From Calditrichia bacterium (GTDB taxonomy: Bacteria; Calditrichota; Calditrichia; RBG-13-44-9; J075), in the NCBI GenBank assembly GCA_050633245.1, contig JBOEGD010000020.1, forward strand, positions 205,710 to 269,709: DNA of 64,000 nucleotides, given 5' to 3'. Under the pieces are notes generated by a model that was given only the letters and a program-made list of their open reading frames with translations, did not search any database and had not been told where the DNA came from. Below, piece by piece: positions 1 to 11,591 of the stretch. The position numbers and the translations under genes were made by a program. Every line of letters begins with the position of its first letter. Position 1 is the stretch's first letter.

Positions 1-888
1 TGCTAATTCGTTTGGACCATGTTCGTGAAAGCGTAATCGCGATTTGTTAATACCAACGCGGTCGTACCATTCCAGACGTTCTGCTTTCCATTTTTCGAAA
101 AACTCCTCATCTGTTCCAGGCTTCACAAAATACTGCATTTCCATCTGCTCGAACTCTCGCATGCGAAAAATAAAGTTGCCCGGGGTAATTTCATTACGAA
201 AAGCCTTACCGATCTGGGCAATTCCAAAAGGCAGTTTTTGCCGCGCAGCCTCACGAACGTTGTGGAAGTTTACGTAGATGCCCTGAGCGGTTTCCGGGCG
301 CATGAATACCACGTTTGCATCGCTTTCAACCGGTCCCATAAAGGTCTTAAACATCAAGTTAAATAGGCGAGGCTCGGTAAGCGTTCCGGGAGTTTTTGTA
401 TCGGGAGCTACAATATTATTATAGTTTGACGTGTCGACCTCGGTTAGCAAAACGCGCTCGTAATCGCTTGGGTCGGCCTTGGCTTTCTTAAGCTTATTTT
501 TAATTGTTTCAGGTTGCCCCTCAGGGAAAGCAAACATCAGCCCTTCACCGGATTTCGGGACGTAAACTTCAATCTGGTCTTCACGGTAACGTGCCTTTGT
601 CTCTCGGCAGTCTACCATTGGGTCGGTAAACCCGTCGACATGTCCGGAGGCTTCCCACACGCGTGGATGCATCAGAATACTTGCATCGATGCCTTCAATG
701 TCGTCACGCTCGTAAACCATGGCGCGCCACCAAAGTTCTTTAATATTCTTCCTCAGCTCTACACCAAGCGGTCCGTAATCGTAGCAGCTGTTAATTCCAC
801 CATAAATTTCGCTGCTCTGATAAATAAAGCCCTTGCGTTTGCACAAGGAGACCAGCTTTTGCATTAGGTCTTTTGGTCTTTCACTCAC
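1..888 (-). CDS. glyQS: Glycine--tRNA ligase (homodimeric class II), N-terminal part; runs off the window edge
   Basis: Manual minus-strand translation from GTG at 888 (GGAGA RBS): ...[40 protein letters not shown]...[21 protein letters not shown]... Not in the ORF track because it is truncated. Confidence 0.95.
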   Translation of the reverse strand, partial: MSERPKDLMQKLVSLCKRKGFIYQSSEIYGGINSCYDYGPLGVELRKNIKELWWRAMVYERDDIEGIDASILMHPRVWEASGHVDGFTDPMVDCRETKARYREDQIEVYVPKSGEGLMFAFPEGQPETIKNKLKKAKADPSDYERVLLTEVDTSNYNNIVAPDTKTPGTLTEPRLFNLMFKTFMGPVESDANVVFMRPETAQGIYVNFHNVREAARQKLPFGIAQIGKAFRNEITPGNFIFRMREFEQMEMQYFVKPGTDEEFFEKWKAERLEWYDRVGINKSRLRFHEHGPNELA

Positions 889-1014
889 AATTTATCTCCC
901 CAAGTAGTTAAGGCGGTATCCGCCGAGGTCATCTATTTTTTTCAGCTTCTTTTCGGATGGCAGTGCACTTTGAAAAAAATTAATAAGAATAAAGTTACAA
1001 AAATTTTGAGCGAA

Positions 1015-1767
1015 TCACATATACCATTTCAAAGATTTTAGCTCGAGATTTATATCCGTGTGTACTGAAAGTTGTCTTAATAATGCGTCGGAAAGCCAGT
1101 CTGCTTGAAAAGCAGGAAGCCTGTCGGAGTTGGGAACCGCGTTGTTTAGAAAGGTCTGCAAAGATTGCCATTCTTCCAAACTGAGCGCCTGCTTACCGGT
1201 ATTAGAAAATCCTACGCAGTTGCCGCAGCGCAGGCCGCTATTGGCGCTATCTATGGCAACCGGGCCACTCTTTACCGGTTCGCTGCAGCGCAAGCAGGTT
1301 TCAATGTTCCAGGAAAATCCAAGGACGTGAGACGTGCGATAGAGTAAATGCCATAAAAAGGGTAGGTTCTGTCCGCCAGGGTTGCGCTCCATTTGCTCCA
1401 GAAGCACAATTAAATAGTCGAAGAAGTTTTCTACCGGTTCGTGCACAGAAAACAGTGAGGAGAGAAGCTCTAGAATTGAAAAGGCCACAGCGGTTTTTTC
1501 GAGATCTTCACGGATTGGCAAAAATGAATGTGTTAAAGAGGCGGAGGTTAAGATTTGGAGTGAGCGAGTACTTTTCTGAGAAAGAATAACCTCAATATGA
1601 TTCATTGTTTCCAATACGCCGCGAAAAGGGCTTTTGGGGCGCAATGCCCCTTTTGCGATGATGCGGATAGAACCGAGTTCCCGGGAATACAGATGCACAA
1701 TCTTGCTGGATTCGCGCCAGCGGATTGCACTTAAAACAATGGCTTCGGTTTTTAGAAGCTCGGCCAT
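1015..1767 (-). CDS. recO: DNA repair protein RecO
   Basis: N-terminal EAIVL..IRWRESSKIVHLYSRELG...AKGALRPKS OB-fold motif; CxxC...CxxC zinc region. Confidence 0.92.
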   Translation of the reverse strand: MAELLKTEAIVLSAIRWRESSKIVHLYSRELGSIRIIAKGALRPKSPFRGVLETMNHIEVILSQKSTRSLQILTSASLTHSFLPIREDLEKTAVAFSILELLSSLFSVHEPVENFFDYLIVLLEQMERNPGGQNLPFLWHLLYRTSHVLGFSWNIETCLRCSEPVKSGPVAIDSANSGLRCGNCVGFSNTGKQALSLEEWQSLQTFLNNAVPNSDRLPAFQADWLSDALLRQLSVHTDINLELKSLKWYM

Positions 1768-1774
1768 AGGATTC

Positions 1775-3148
1775 CTATGTTATCATGCCGCTGGTGATTG
1801 CAAGTGTTAGCAGACCAAAATAAATGAGCAGGCCGATTACATCGTTAAACGTTGTCACGAAGGGGCCGCTGGCAATTGCAGGATCTATATTAAAACGTTT
1901 GAAGACGAAAGGAATTATAGCACCGAACATTGAGGCGTTTAGCATAACAATCAGCAGGGTGCCGGCAAGAACGGAGGCAAGATTTATGTCTTTTTGCCAG
2001 AGCATGACCACGCAAAAAATCAGAGCGGCGATCACGGACCCGCTTATCAGTGCAGATCGGGTTTCGCGGCTGACGCGTCGCCAGATATCGCGTGGGTTAA
2101 TTTCGCCGGTAGCGAGTCCACGAACGACAATAATACCCGACTGTTGTCCTATACTTCCGCCCATAGCCATAACGACCGGGATAAAAAAAGCGGATGCCAA
2201 TACCTGCTGAATCGTCATTGAATACATCTGCATAACAAGTGCAGAAATGATTTCACCGACAAAGGAAATAAGTAGCCAGGGAAGTCTTGCCTGAACAATG
2301 CGTAAAGAGCTATCTTCAAGAATTTCTTCCTCTCCAATACCGGCAATACGGGCCAGATCTTCATCAGCTTCTTCATTGATAACGTCTAAAATGTCATCGA
2401 TGGTAATGCGGCCGATAAGGCGCTTTTCCGAGTCGATGACCGGTGAAGAAATCAGATCATACTTTTCGAATAGCTGTGCTACCTCTTCCTGGTCTGTATC
2501 GGCGGTAACGGCAAAAATTTCTTCATCTACAATGGAGTGAATCGGTGTCGCTTCCTCCGCGAGAATCAGCTCTTTTAACGACACTGTGCCAAGTAAAAGC
2601 CCGAAGCGATCGACAACATAGCATAAATAAATGTCATCTACTCGTTCGCTTGCTTTGCGAAGCTGCTCGATTGCCTGTTGAACTGTCCAGTTTACTTCAA
2701 TGGACACATACTCTTTAGCCATGATACCGCCAGCGGTATCTTCTGGATATTTGAGGAGTTCTCTAATATCTTCAATGGCTTCTTCGTCAACCTTATCCAG
2801 AACCTCATTGGCGATGTGGGAATCGAGTTCAGACACGATGTCTACCGCGTCATCAGAATCCATCTCACTCACCAGTTCTGCGATCTCGCTGGAATCGAGC
2901 TCTTCAAGAATATCTTCTTTTGCTACATCTTCCAGGTCGGCAAGTACATCACTTGCGGAGTCCTGAGAAATCAGCGAGAAAACCTTGTAGCGACTGTCCG
3001 CATCAAGGCTTTCAACCAAGTCTGAAATATCCGCCACGTGCATATCCGCAAGGATATTTCGTAGGAAGTCCAGTTGGTCAGATTCCAGCAGATAATGAAT
3101 ATCTTCCAGAATATCTTCAACATTATTTTCAGGTTTCATTGCTGTCAT
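1775..3148 (-). CDS. mgtE: Magnesium transporter MgtE
   Basis: Acidic N-domain, YPEDTAGGIM, CBS pair, RLPWL, DPAIASGPFVTTFNDV. Start moved to ATG 3148 (GAAGGA RBS). Confidence 0.95.
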   Translation of the reverse strand: MTAMKPENNVEDILEDIHYLLESDQLDFLRNILADMHVADISDLVESLDADSRYKVFSLISQDSASDVLADLEDVAKEDILEELDSSEIAELVSEMDSDDAVDIVSELDSHIANEVLDKVDEEAIEDIRELLKYPEDTAGGIMAKEYVSIEVNWTVQQAIEQLRKASERVDDIYLCYVVDRFGLLLGTVSLKELILAEEATPIHSIVDEEIFAVTADTDQEEVAQLFEKYDLISSPVIDSEKRLIGRITIDDILDVINEEADEDLARIAGIGEEEILEDSSLRIVQARLPWLLISFVGEIISALVMQMYSMTIQQVLASAFFIPVVMAMGGSIGQQSGIIVVRGLATGEINPRDIWRRVSRETRSALISGSVIAALIFCVVMLWQKDINLASVLAGTLLIVMLNASMFGAIIPFVFKRFNIDPAIASGPFVTTFNDVIGLLIYFGLLTLAITSGMIT

Positions 3149-3950
3149 GCTGTCCTTCTTGTTGTAGCATGTATGCACAGTCGGCCAGCTTCTTCCAGTC
3201 TTCCAGGGAAAGACGCTCTGGCCTGAGGGTTAAATCCGCGTCTAATTTAGAGAGAAGTTCAGCTGGGAACAACATCGATAATGATTTACGCAACATCTTG
3301 CGGCGATGCTGAAAGGCCGTGCGAATGATTCGCTGAAATAGCGCGAAGTCAGGAAAATCTTGAAGCGCATCACGCTTAAAGGTAAAGCGACATACTGCAG
3401 AGTCTACCTTGGGTTTAGGATAAAATAGTCCTGCTCCCACCGAAAAGAGGTATTCTGCTTCGGTGTAGATCTTGCTGTTGATGGCAAGTAAACCAAATAG
3501 TTTGCCGCCAGGATCAGCAGCAATTCGCAGAGCCACTTCCCTCTGCATCATAATCACCGCTTCATAAAGATAATTATGATTTTCGAAGAGTTGAAATAGA
3601 ATGGGCGACGTAATGTTGTACGGGATGTTGCCAATGATTGAGACCTTTTTATCTGCATGATTCGCCAAAAATGTTGGCAAATCCAAATCGAGTACATCGC
3701 CTTCCAATAAACTGAAATTGGCGTTGCTGCTAAATTCGCGCCGTAATACGCTGGCTAAATTGCGGTCGATCTCTATTCCGACGTACTGATGACCACTCTC
3801 CAGCAGATAGCGCGTTAGTGCCCCCTTACCCGGGCCGATCTCAACAATTAGACTGTCAGCTGAGAGTCTCAGGCTTGCAACGATGCGCTGCATGGTATAG
3901 GTGTCGGTTAGAAAGTTCTGGCCAAATCGTTTTCTGGGTCGTTGGTTCAT
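3129..3950 (-). CDS. rsmA: 16S rRNA adenine dimethyltransferase RsmA/KsgA
   Basis: KRFGQNFL, EIGPGKGALT, GNIPYNITSP, PKPKVDS, HRRKMLR motifs. Confidence 0.96.
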   Translation of the reverse strand: MNQRPRKRFGQNFLTDTYTMQRIVASLRLSADSLIVEIGPGKGALTRYLLESGHQYVGIEIDRNLASVLRREFSSNANFSLLEGDVLDLDLPTFLANHADKKVSIIGNIPYNITSPILFQLFENHNYLYEAVIMMQREVALRIAADPGGKLFGLLAINSKIYTEAEYLFSVGAGLFYPKPKVDSAVCRFTFKRDALQDFPDFALFQRIIRTAFQHRRKMLRKSLSMLFPAELLSKLDADLTLRPERLSLEDWKKLADCAYMLQQEGQHDSNET

Positions 3951-4074
3951 TTATCAAAAAAGAGTTTGTATAACTGTTTCAATTTGAATATTCTTAAGTC
4001 CTTAATTTAACTGATATACTGTCGATTCAAAGCGATTTCACTTTGCAGCTTTTCTAAAGGTTAGAGGAAGTTTC

Positions 4075-5664
4075 ATGGCTGATAAAAAAAATGATAAAAA
4101 AACGAAACCACAAATGGATGGGCCAACACAGACCGGAGAAAGTGCTTTTATTGCACGTTCATTAGCATTTGTTGAACGTGTAGGAAACGCGCTTCCCCAT
4201 CCGGCCACGCTGTTTGCTCTCTTTGCGGTCGCTGTAATTGTAATTTCCTGGGTCTGCTCTCTGTTCGATCTGTCGGTCGTTCACCCGGGAAACAAAAAAA
4301 TCTTTGAAGTTGTCAATTTGATGTCCGTTGAAGGATTACAGAGAATTCTAACCTCGATGGTTGTTAACTTTACCGACTTTGCTCCGTTAGGAACGGTTTT
4401 GGTTGCGATGTTGGGTATTGGCATCGCTGAAGGTAGTGGATTGATTGGTACCTCGCTGCGCTGGTTGGTCTTGAAGTCTCCGGAGCGCCTATTGACATTT
4501 GTAATTGTCTTTGCCGGTGTACTGTCTAACACTGCCAGTGAAGTTGGTTATGTGCTATTAGTACCACTGGGAGCAATTATTTTCCTTGCTGCCGGCCGTC
4601 ATCCCATTGCCGGTATGGCTGCAGCCTTTGCCGGTGTCTCCGGTGGATACAGCGCAAACCTGTTTCTTGGAACGATCGATCCGCTGCTGGCTGGTTTGTC
4701 TGAAGAGGCCGCACGACTTGTAGATCCGAGTTATTCCGTGAATGCCGCAGTGAATTTTTATTTTATGTTCGTTTCTACTTTTTTCATTACGCTTGCCGGA
4801 ACGTTTGTCACCGAGAGAATTGTAGTGCCACGCCTCGGTTCCTATACCGGTGACGAAAAACCTGAGGAAATTCGTACGCTTACTGCAGATGAAAAACGCG
4901 GCCTCATGTATGCGTTAGTTGCAGCCGTGGGAGTAGTTGCCTTCTTGTTCTGGAGTATCTATCCTGAAGGCGCGATACTTCGTGACCCTGTAACCGGAGA
5001 CAGATTAAATTCACCGTTTATGAGGAGCATTGTAGCGTTTATTTTCCTGGGAGCCGGAATACTTGGTATCGCCTATGGGGTAGGTGCCGGCACGTTTAAA
5101 AACGATTCCGACGTCATGAAGGGCATGGGAAAAGCTATGGAGACACTGGGGATTTACATGGTGCTCTGCTTTTTTGCCGCCCAGTTTGTAGCTTATTTTA
5201 ACTGGACCAATCTCGGTGTTATCTTTGCCGTGAAGGGAGCAGAAGTTTTAGAAACTCTGCAGCAGGCGGGATTGGGGAAGATTCCGATGATGATCTTGTT
5301 TGTATTCCTTGCCGCTGCCAGCAACATGTTTATGGGTAGCGCCTCGGCCAAATGGGCTATTCTGGCACCGGTGTTTATTCCTATGTTGATGTTTGTTGGC
5401 GTCTCACCAGAGCTAACACAGGCTGCGTATCGCATTGGAGATAGTGTAACAAACTTGATTTCACCGATGATGTCTTATTTTGCCTTGATTGTAGCCTTTG
5501 TGCAAAGGTATGATAAAAACGCCGGTATTGGTACGGTGGTCGCGACAATGCTTCCGTATTCCATCGCGTTTTTAATAATCTGGATTATTTTGCTCGGTAT
5601 CTGGATTACGCTTGGAATTCCATTGGGACCGGGCGGCGGGCTTGAGTATATTCCGTCAAATTAA
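4075..5664 (+). CDS. AbgT family transporter
   Basis: [37 protein letters not shown] motifs; polytopic membrane protein. Confidence 0.92.
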   Translation: MADKKNDKKTKPQMDGPTQTGESAFIARSLAFVERVGNALPHPATLFALFAVAVIVISWVCSLFDLSVVHPGNKKIFEVVNLMSVEGLQRILTSMVVNFTDFAPLGTVLVAMLGIGIAEGSGLIGTSLRWLVLKSPERLLTFVIVFAGVLSNTASEVGYVLLVPLGAIIFLAAGRHPIAGMAAAFAGVSGGYSANLFLGTIDPLLAGLSEEAARLVDPSYSVNAAVNFYFMFVSTFFITLAGTFVTERIVVPRLGSYTGDEKPEEIRTLTADEKRGLMYALVAAVGVVAFLFWSIYPEGAILRDPVTGDRLNSPFMRSIVAFIFLGAGILGIAYGVGAGTFKNDSDVMKGMGKAMETLGIYMVLCFFAAQFVAYFNWTNLGVIFAVKGAEVLETLQQAGLGKIPMMILFVFLAAASNMFMGSASAKWAILAPVFIPMLMFVGVSPELTQAAYRIGDSVTNLISPMMSYFALIVAFVQRYDKNAGIGTVVATMLPYSIAFLIIWIILLGIWITLGIPLGPGGGLEYIPSN

Positions 5665-5799
5665 CAGACATAGATATTAACTCTGCTCAGAGATCCGGCT
5701 GCTAATATCCTCTGAGCAGATCTGCTCGCCTCAGCGAAAAAGCAATCTCTATTTGATATACGCTTCTTCGCGCATAGACATATTCCGGGGGTATCAACC

Positions 5800-8700
5800 G
5801 TGCAACCATTTGGTTTGCTCAGACGGTTTGGCATTCTATTCTTCTTGCTGGCAGCGAGCCAAACCCTTTTTTCTCAAAGTTATCTTATCCACAATTACAC
5901 TTACAGAAATGGCCTCCCAAGCAGCGAGGTTTATGACGTCGCTCAGGATACCAATGGTACCATGTGGTTTGGAACGCGCAATGGATTAATTAGTTACGAT
6001 GGCCACTCCTGGAGCAAAGAGTATTATGACACCATGGGAGTCTATCGCAGTTGCTATATGCTTGAGGTCGATCCCACTGGTAAGCTCTGGGTAACTGGAT
6101 ATGCCGGCCCGCTGGGCGGTCGACTTTTTTATCGTGACGGCAACAAATGGCATGAAGTGGTTACCCCAACAAAATTCATTCCCCTCACTGGTTCAAATGG
6201 CGAACTGCACGACATTCACTTTACTTCAATAGATGGTTTTGTTTCACCATGGCTGGCTATTAATGGCCGTGGTTTAACTTATTTGAATCAGCAAAATGAG
6301 TGGCAAGCACTTACTACCATCGATGGTTTAGCAGACAATACAATTTATTCGTTACAAAGTGACAATCACATTCTGTTTGTTGCAACTCCCGGTGGACTCC
6401 AAAAATTTACGTATAACCGAGCAACGTCAGCGTTTGATATGGAGCTGATTATTGATGAGGCGGTGTGGAAACTCGCAGCGGAGTATCATGAGCGTGGTCG
6501 TGAGTCCAGCGGTTTAAAACGTTTATGGATCGTCGGAAGCAATGGGATAAGCGTACTGGAAGACGGTGAATTGCGTAAAATCAGGGGGCCTGTTCAGGAT
6601 GTGCAGTATCAGACGCTGGAACTGCAGCCGGATTATTTGGGCGGCTGTTTTGTCGGGTCCCAGACTAACCTGGACTATGTTACTCTCGACGGTACGGTTC
6701 AGGCTGTTGGAAAACGAAACGGCTTTCTTGCTGACAATATCACCAATATGATGCTCGACCGTGAGGGATTAATCTGGTTTTGCTCATATCGTGGCGTCAG
6801 CAAACTGGTCTCGCGTAGATTCGAAACCTATAATCGCGATGAAGGTCTTCTCGCGAGCGAAATTACAGCTGTACAGCAATTTGATAATGGAGACATGTTG
6901 TTCGGCCATAACTGGGGTTTTACTCTTGGACACGGAGAAAATGCCAAGCAGATCAATTTGCAGAATGTTCTTCATGCCAATATCGGCCCGGTACGAATAA
7001 TGCAAATGGCGAAAGATTCTGATAATCAAGTTTGGGCAAGCGCAGCATTTGGCGGAGTACTTCGCGTTAGCTCATCTGGTGAGTATCAGTATTATCCAAG
7101 CCCACCGAGCGAAGAAACCGGAAATAGTCATGTTGCAATTGGTATTGCATTTGACAGGCAAGACAGATTGTTAGTTGGGATGAGTAATGGAATATTCGAG
7201 CTCAAAGAAGGAGCCTATATACCTGTTTATGAAAAGGAATTGAAGCACATCGGGTTCCGCTCTTTATATAAAGACCGAAGCGAAAACCTTCTTTTTTGCA
7301 CAATAAACAATGGTCTGTTTCGCCAGATGGGTGATTCTCTCATTAATTATCGTTATGCCGGAGAAGGTTTAGGAAATGAGGTCGTTTGTGCATTTGAATT
7401 AAATAATGGGGAACTGTGGGTCGGTACCTGGGCAGGATTATCTAAAGCCGAAAACGGCGAACTTACCCGTCCTGAAGGGTTTCCAGATATGACTTCGCCG
7501 GTTTATTTTATCGTGGAAGACGATGCCGACTGTATTTGGCTTGGAAGTGACAATGGTGTTTGGAGATGGGATGGTGCAAATCTGAAAAACTTTGGTCTGG
7601 GGCAGGGACTTGTCGGACTTGAAACGAACCGTGGAGCAGGCTTCATCGATAGAGAAGGAAGCCTCTGGTTTGGAACCAATAATGGCGTTTCGCGCTTTCA
7701 GCCGGGATATGATTTTCAAACCAAAGCCAAGCCTGTTTTGAGCATTAAACACTTGAATTCAGACAACGATATTTATTCTCTCGATAGACCTGTTGAATTG
7801 AATTATTTACACCCGCGATTAAGTATTGCGGTTCTTGCAAATACCTTTGTCGATGAGAGAAACGTCAAGTTTCGTTACCGACTCGATGGTTTTGATACCG
7901 ATTGGCAAATGCTGGAAGGGCGCCCTGAAAACCAGGAGTTCCGCTATAATTACCTCCCGTCAGGTGACTATCGATTCAGCGTTCAGATCGAAAATGCCAA
8001 TGGCCTGCGAAGCGACATCGTCTCTTCATCGCGAATCACTATCAATCGTCCGTTTTGGGAAGAGTGGTGGTTTTTGTCATCCCTTTTACTTCTCACAATA
8101 ATGTTAATAATCGGTGCCCTGAACTACAGATCGCAACGACTCTATGCCGGTCAGCTAGAAAAAGAAATTCACGACCGAACCACTCAGTTGCGCTCCTCCG
8201 AACAGCGGTATAAGCAACTCTTTGATGAATCGAAAGATGTTGTATTTATCTCTACTCCGAACGGACGCTTTCTGGATATGAATGCAGCTGGTTTAGTGTT
8301 GTTTGGAGTACCTTCTCTAAGTGCAATTCAGGAGTTGGACATCGCCAGTCACTTTTATTTGAATTCTGAAGACCGCAAGCAGTATATAAGACGAATAAAA
8401 CAGCATGGGTACCTTCAGGACTATGAAATTAAAATGACGAATTATCAAGGAAAACATTTAACGATTCTGGAAACGGTTACAGCGGTAAAAGATATGAGTG
8501 GAAGCGTTCAATATCGTGGTATAATGCGTGATGTAACGCGACAACGGACGATGGAAAAGCAGCTTGTTTTGGCGGAGAAAATGGAGGCTCTGGGTTTAAT
8601 GGCTAGTGGCATTGCTCATGAGTTTAACAATCAGCTTAGCGGGATTTTAGGATATGCAGATCTACTTAAGCTCGGCTTTCCAAAGAATTCTGAGGAATTT

Positions 8701-9720
8701 AACTATGCAAAAACGTTGGAAGAAAGCGCACGCAATGCCGCTGAGCTGACAGAGCAACTGCTTGGATTTGCCCAAAAAGGCAATTATCGTATCGAACCGC
8801 TTGATCTGAATAAAACTATTGTGGAAACACAAAAACTGTTCGGGAGAATCTTCGACCGAGCAATTGAGCTGAAGCTGGATTTGGATCAGGCTATTTCTAC
8901 AATCGAAGGCGACAAAGCGCAAATTCAGAGAGTCATTATTAACCTGGCGATTAATGCACGTGATGCAATGCCGAATGGCGGCATTCTAACACTGGCAACG
9001 TCAATAAAAAGATTGACTGAGGAGCAAGCCGTTGAGCTTGGAACGACTTGCGGAGATTACTGCTGTCTAATCGTTTCGGATACCGGAGTTGGTATTGATA
9101 AGCGGGACCAAAAGCAAATTTTTGAACCCTTCTTCACGACAAAAGGAGCCGGAAAAGGAACCGGTTTAGGTCTGGCTATGGTTTATGCCACGGTAAAAAG
9201 CCATAGCGGCGCCATCTCGGTAGAGAGCACGCTTGGTCGAGGAACCTGCTTTACAATCTATTTTCCGCTGAGTGGTAAAAAGTTGATTGATCATCAATCG
9301 TACTCAAATACGCCGGAACCGGGATCGGAAACAATCATGATCGTTGACGATGAGAAACATATTCGTTCACTTTTAAAACATTCTCTTGAGCGTTACGGAT
9401 ATAAGACGCTTTTGGCTTCGGATGGTATAGAAGCAATAAGTGTCTTTAAACAACATAGGACGGATATCAGGCTGGTTATTCTGGATATGATAATGCCGAA
9501 GATGGGGGGTAGTGAGACAATACACAAGCTAAACGAGCTAAATTGCACCGCTCCAATTCTGATTGCAACCGGCTATCCAGGTAGCCAAAAGGACGTTGAG
9601 GATATAGTAAATTACAGTACAATTAAGAAACCGTTTAAAGTTTCGTTGCTCCTACGTAAAGTGCGGGCAATTCTCGACGGAGATGAACTCGCCAAGAGCA
9701 CAGATCAACTTCACTCTTAA
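5800..9720 (+). CDS. Hybrid sensor histidine kinase (signal peptide, regulator beta-propellers, Y_Y_Y, TM, PAS, HisKA, HATPase, receiver)
   Basis: [20 protein letters not shown] repeats; FRYRLDG..DW; GIAHEFNN; [10 protein letters not shown]; [12 protein letters not shown]; IVDDE...LDMIMP...KP. Confidence 0.92.
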   Translation: MQPFGLLRRFGILFFLLAASQTLFSQSYLIHNYTYRNGLPSSEVYDVAQDTNGTMWFGTRNGLISYDGHSWSKEYYDTMGVYRSCYMLEVDPTGKLWVTGYAGPLGGRLFYRDGNKWHEVVTPTKFIPLTGSNGELHDIHFTSIDGFVSPWLAINGRGLTYLNQQNEWQALTTIDGLADNTIYSLQSDNHILFVATPGGLQKFTYNRATSAFDMELIIDEAVWKLAAEYHERGRESSGLKRLWIVGSNGISVLEDGELRKIRGPVQDVQYQTLELQPDYLGGCFVGSQTNLDYVTLDGTVQAVGKRNGFLADNITNMMLDREGLIWFCSYRGVSKLVSRRFETYNRDEGLLASEITAVQQFDNGDMLFGHNWGFTLGHGENAKQINLQNVLHANIGPVRIMQMAKDSDNQVWASAAFGGVLRVSSSGEYQYYPSPPSEETGNSHVAIGIAFDRQDRLLVGMSNGIFELKEGAYIPVYEKELKHIGFRSLYKDRSENLLFCTINNGLFRQMGDSLINYRYAGEGLGNEVVCAFELNNGELWVGTWAGLSKAENGELTRPEGFPDMTSPVYFIVEDDADCIWLGSDNGVWRWDGANLKNFGLGQGLVGLETNRGAGFIDREGSLWFGTNNGVSRFQPGYDFQTKAKPVLSIKHLNSDNDIYSLDRPVELNYLHPRLSIAVLANTFVDERNVKFRYRLDGFDTDWQMLEGRPENQEFRYNYLPSGDYRFSVQIENANGLRSDIVSSSRITINRPFWEEWWFLSSLLLLTIMLIIGALNYRSQRLYAGQLEKEIHDRTTQLRSSEQRYKQLFDESKDVVFISTPNGRFLDMNAAGLVLFGVPSLSAIQELDIASHFYLNSEDRKQYIRRIKQHGYLQDYEIKMTNYQGKHLTILETVTAVKDMSGSVQYRGIMRDVTRQRTMEKQLVLAEKMEALGLMASGIAHEFNNQLSGILGYADLLKLGFPKNSEEFNYAKTLEESARNAAELTEQLLGFAQKGNYRIEPLDLNKTIVETQKLFGRIFDRAIELKLDLDQAISTIEGDKAQIQRVIINLAINARDAMPNGGILTLATSIKRLTEEQAVELGTTCGDYCCLIVSDTGVGIDKRDQKQIFEPFFTTKGAGKGTGLGLAMVYATVKSHSGAISVESTLGRGTCFTIYFPLSGKKLIDHQSYSNTPEPGSETIMIVDDEKHIRSLLKHSLERYGYKTLLASDGIEAISVFKQHRTDIRLVILDMIMPKMGGSETIHKLNELNCTAPILIATGYPGSQKDVEDIVNYSTIKKPFKVSLLLRKVRAILDGDELAKSTDQLHS

Positions 9721-11487
9721 CTATATTCGAGCCTGATAGGTATAAAGGCGATGGTATCGTCCTTCGCGTGCTATCAATTCATCATGCGTGCCGCGCTCGA
9801 CGATTTTTCCTTCTTCAATAACTAAAATCTGAGTTGCCTGACGAATGGTGCTCAGGCGGTGAGCAATTACGAAGGTTGTTCTTCCCTTCATTAGCTCGGC
9901 CAAACTTTTCTGGATATACGACTCACTTTCGGTGTCCAGATTAGATGTTGCTTCGTCCAGAATCAGAATCTTCGGGTTTGCTAAAATGGCTCGCGCAATA
10001 GCTACACGCTGACGTTGTCCGCCTGAAAGCTTCACACCTCTTTCGCCGATTAGGGTTTCAAGGCCCTGTTCGAAACGTCCGGTAAACTCATTTACATAAG
10101 CCGACTCCACGGCGTTTTGCAGCTCTTGTTCGTTTGCGTCGGGGCGGGCAAATAAGATGTTCTCGCGAATCGTTCCCTCGAACAAGAAATCGTCTTGAAG
10201 AACCACGCCAAGATGTTTACGATAGCTCCCCAATGTGGCTTCAGCCATGTCGATGTTATCTACTAAAACACGTCCGCGCTCAGGTTGTAAGAATGAGGCA
10301 GCCAATCCGGCAATTGTTGTCTTACCAGACCCGGAACTCCCCACAAGGGCGGTTACCGACCCGGCCGGAGCCTCGAAGTTTATGTCGTGCAATACTTCAG
10401 TATCTTCTTCGTAAGAGAAGTGAACACTGTCGAATACGATGTCACCCTTAAAGTCTCCCAGATCGAGAACCCTGCTATCATCATCGGCTTCACGAGGTTC
10501 GCTTAGAATCTCGTCCATTCGATCCAGCCCGGCAAATGCCTCGGTCATCTGACTTCCGATATTGCTCATCTGAACGATTGGCGCAATAAGGAAACCGAGA
10601 TAAAGCGTAAATGCAAAGAAGTCTCCAATGCTCATCGAGCCTTCCAAAATTAGAGAGCCTCCAGCCCACATTACTACAACGCTGGCCAAGCCTAAAAGCA
10701 GCGTGGCAGAACTGGTTACCAGGCTGGTAGAGGTGAGAGATTGTTTTACATTCTGAAACAGCTTATCTACACCATTTTCAAAAACGGTAACTTCCTGTTC
10801 TTCTGCATTAAAGCCTTTTATGACACGAATACCATTGAGTGATTCGGTTAGTCTGCCGGTAACTTCTGCATTGATGGCACCGCGCATACGAAATATTGGG
10901 CGGATGTATCCAAAGGCCTTAAGTGAAACGAAACCGAAAATAATCATCGGGACAATAACGTAGATTGTCATACTGACATTGATATTCAACAGTAATCCCA
11001 TCGCGACAAAGGCAGTGAGTACACCACCAAAGAGTTGTACCAAGCCGGTTCCGACCAAGTTTCTTACTCCCTCGACGTCTGTCATTATACGCGATACGAG
11101 CTCGCCTGATTTCGTATTGTCAAAAAAACGCAGTGGCAAATGAATAATACGCTGTTGCACTTTGGCGCGTAATTTGGCAATAAGATTCTGTGCCTCAACG
11201 CTGAGTAACTTTGTAAGAAAAAACGAGGTGACGGCCTGAACTACAATTGCAAGTGCAACAACCAATAGCAGCGGCGTGAGCAGTTCGGTATTCTTTGGGG
11301 TAATAATATCGTCAATCAATATCTTGCTTGCACCGGGCAGAACCAGGCCTGACAGGCGATTGATAACAATAAGAATAAGGCCGACGAACAACAGCTTTCT
11401 TCTCGGCCAAATAATCGTTTTGAAGGCATAGCGAACCGTTGAAAGCCGCCCCTTCTTCTCATCGTGGCCAATTTCATTGTCAGACAT
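9721..11487 (-). CDS. ABC transporter ATP-binding/permease (MsbA-like exporter)
   Basis: N-terminal TM domain, GSSGSGKT Walker A, LSGGQRQR, ILDEATS, AHRLST. Confidence 0.94.
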   Translation of the reverse strand: MSDNEIGHDEKKGRLSTVRYAFKTIIWPRRKLLFVGLILIVINRLSGLVLPGASKILIDDIITPKNTELLTPLLLVVALAIVVQAVTSFFLTKLLSVEAQNLIAKLRAKVQQRIIHLPLRFFDNTKSGELVSRIMTDVEGVRNLVGTGLVQLFGGVLTAFVAMGLLLNINVSMTIYVIVPMIIFGFVSLKAFGYIRPIFRMRGAINAEVTGRLTESLNGIRVIKGFNAEEQEVTVFENGVDKLFQNVKQSLTSTSLVTSSATLLLGLASVVVMWAGGSLILEGSMSIGDFFAFTLYLGFLIAPIVQMSNIGSQMTEAFAGLDRMDEILSEPREADDDSRVLDLGDFKGDIVFDSVHFSYEEDTEVLHDINFEAPAGSVTALVGSSGSGKTTIAGLAASFLQPERGRVLVDNIDMAEATLGSYRKHLGVVLQDDFLFEGTIRENILFARPDANEQELQNAVESAYVNEFTGRFEQGLETLIGERGVKLSGGQRQRVAIARAILANPKILILDEATSNLDTESESYIQKSLAELMKGRTTFVIAHRLSTIRQATQILVIEEGKIVERGTHDELIAREGRYHRLYTYQARI

Positions 11488-11591
11488 GATTTTCCTTTGG
11501 AATAATTTTACTACGAACCCGCTTATATGATGTTTAGCTAAGGAAAAGGGGACAGAATTTGCGAAGAAAATGTAAAGCGCTAATTTTCAAA

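Noticed and set aside
44-867. Plus-strand ORFs at 44-277 and 514-867
   Set aside because: Antisense shadows of the glycyl-tRNA synthetase gene.
9718-9723. Abutting stop codons of the convergent kinase and ABC exporter genes
   Set aside because: Common in compact genomes; no evidence of a functional link.
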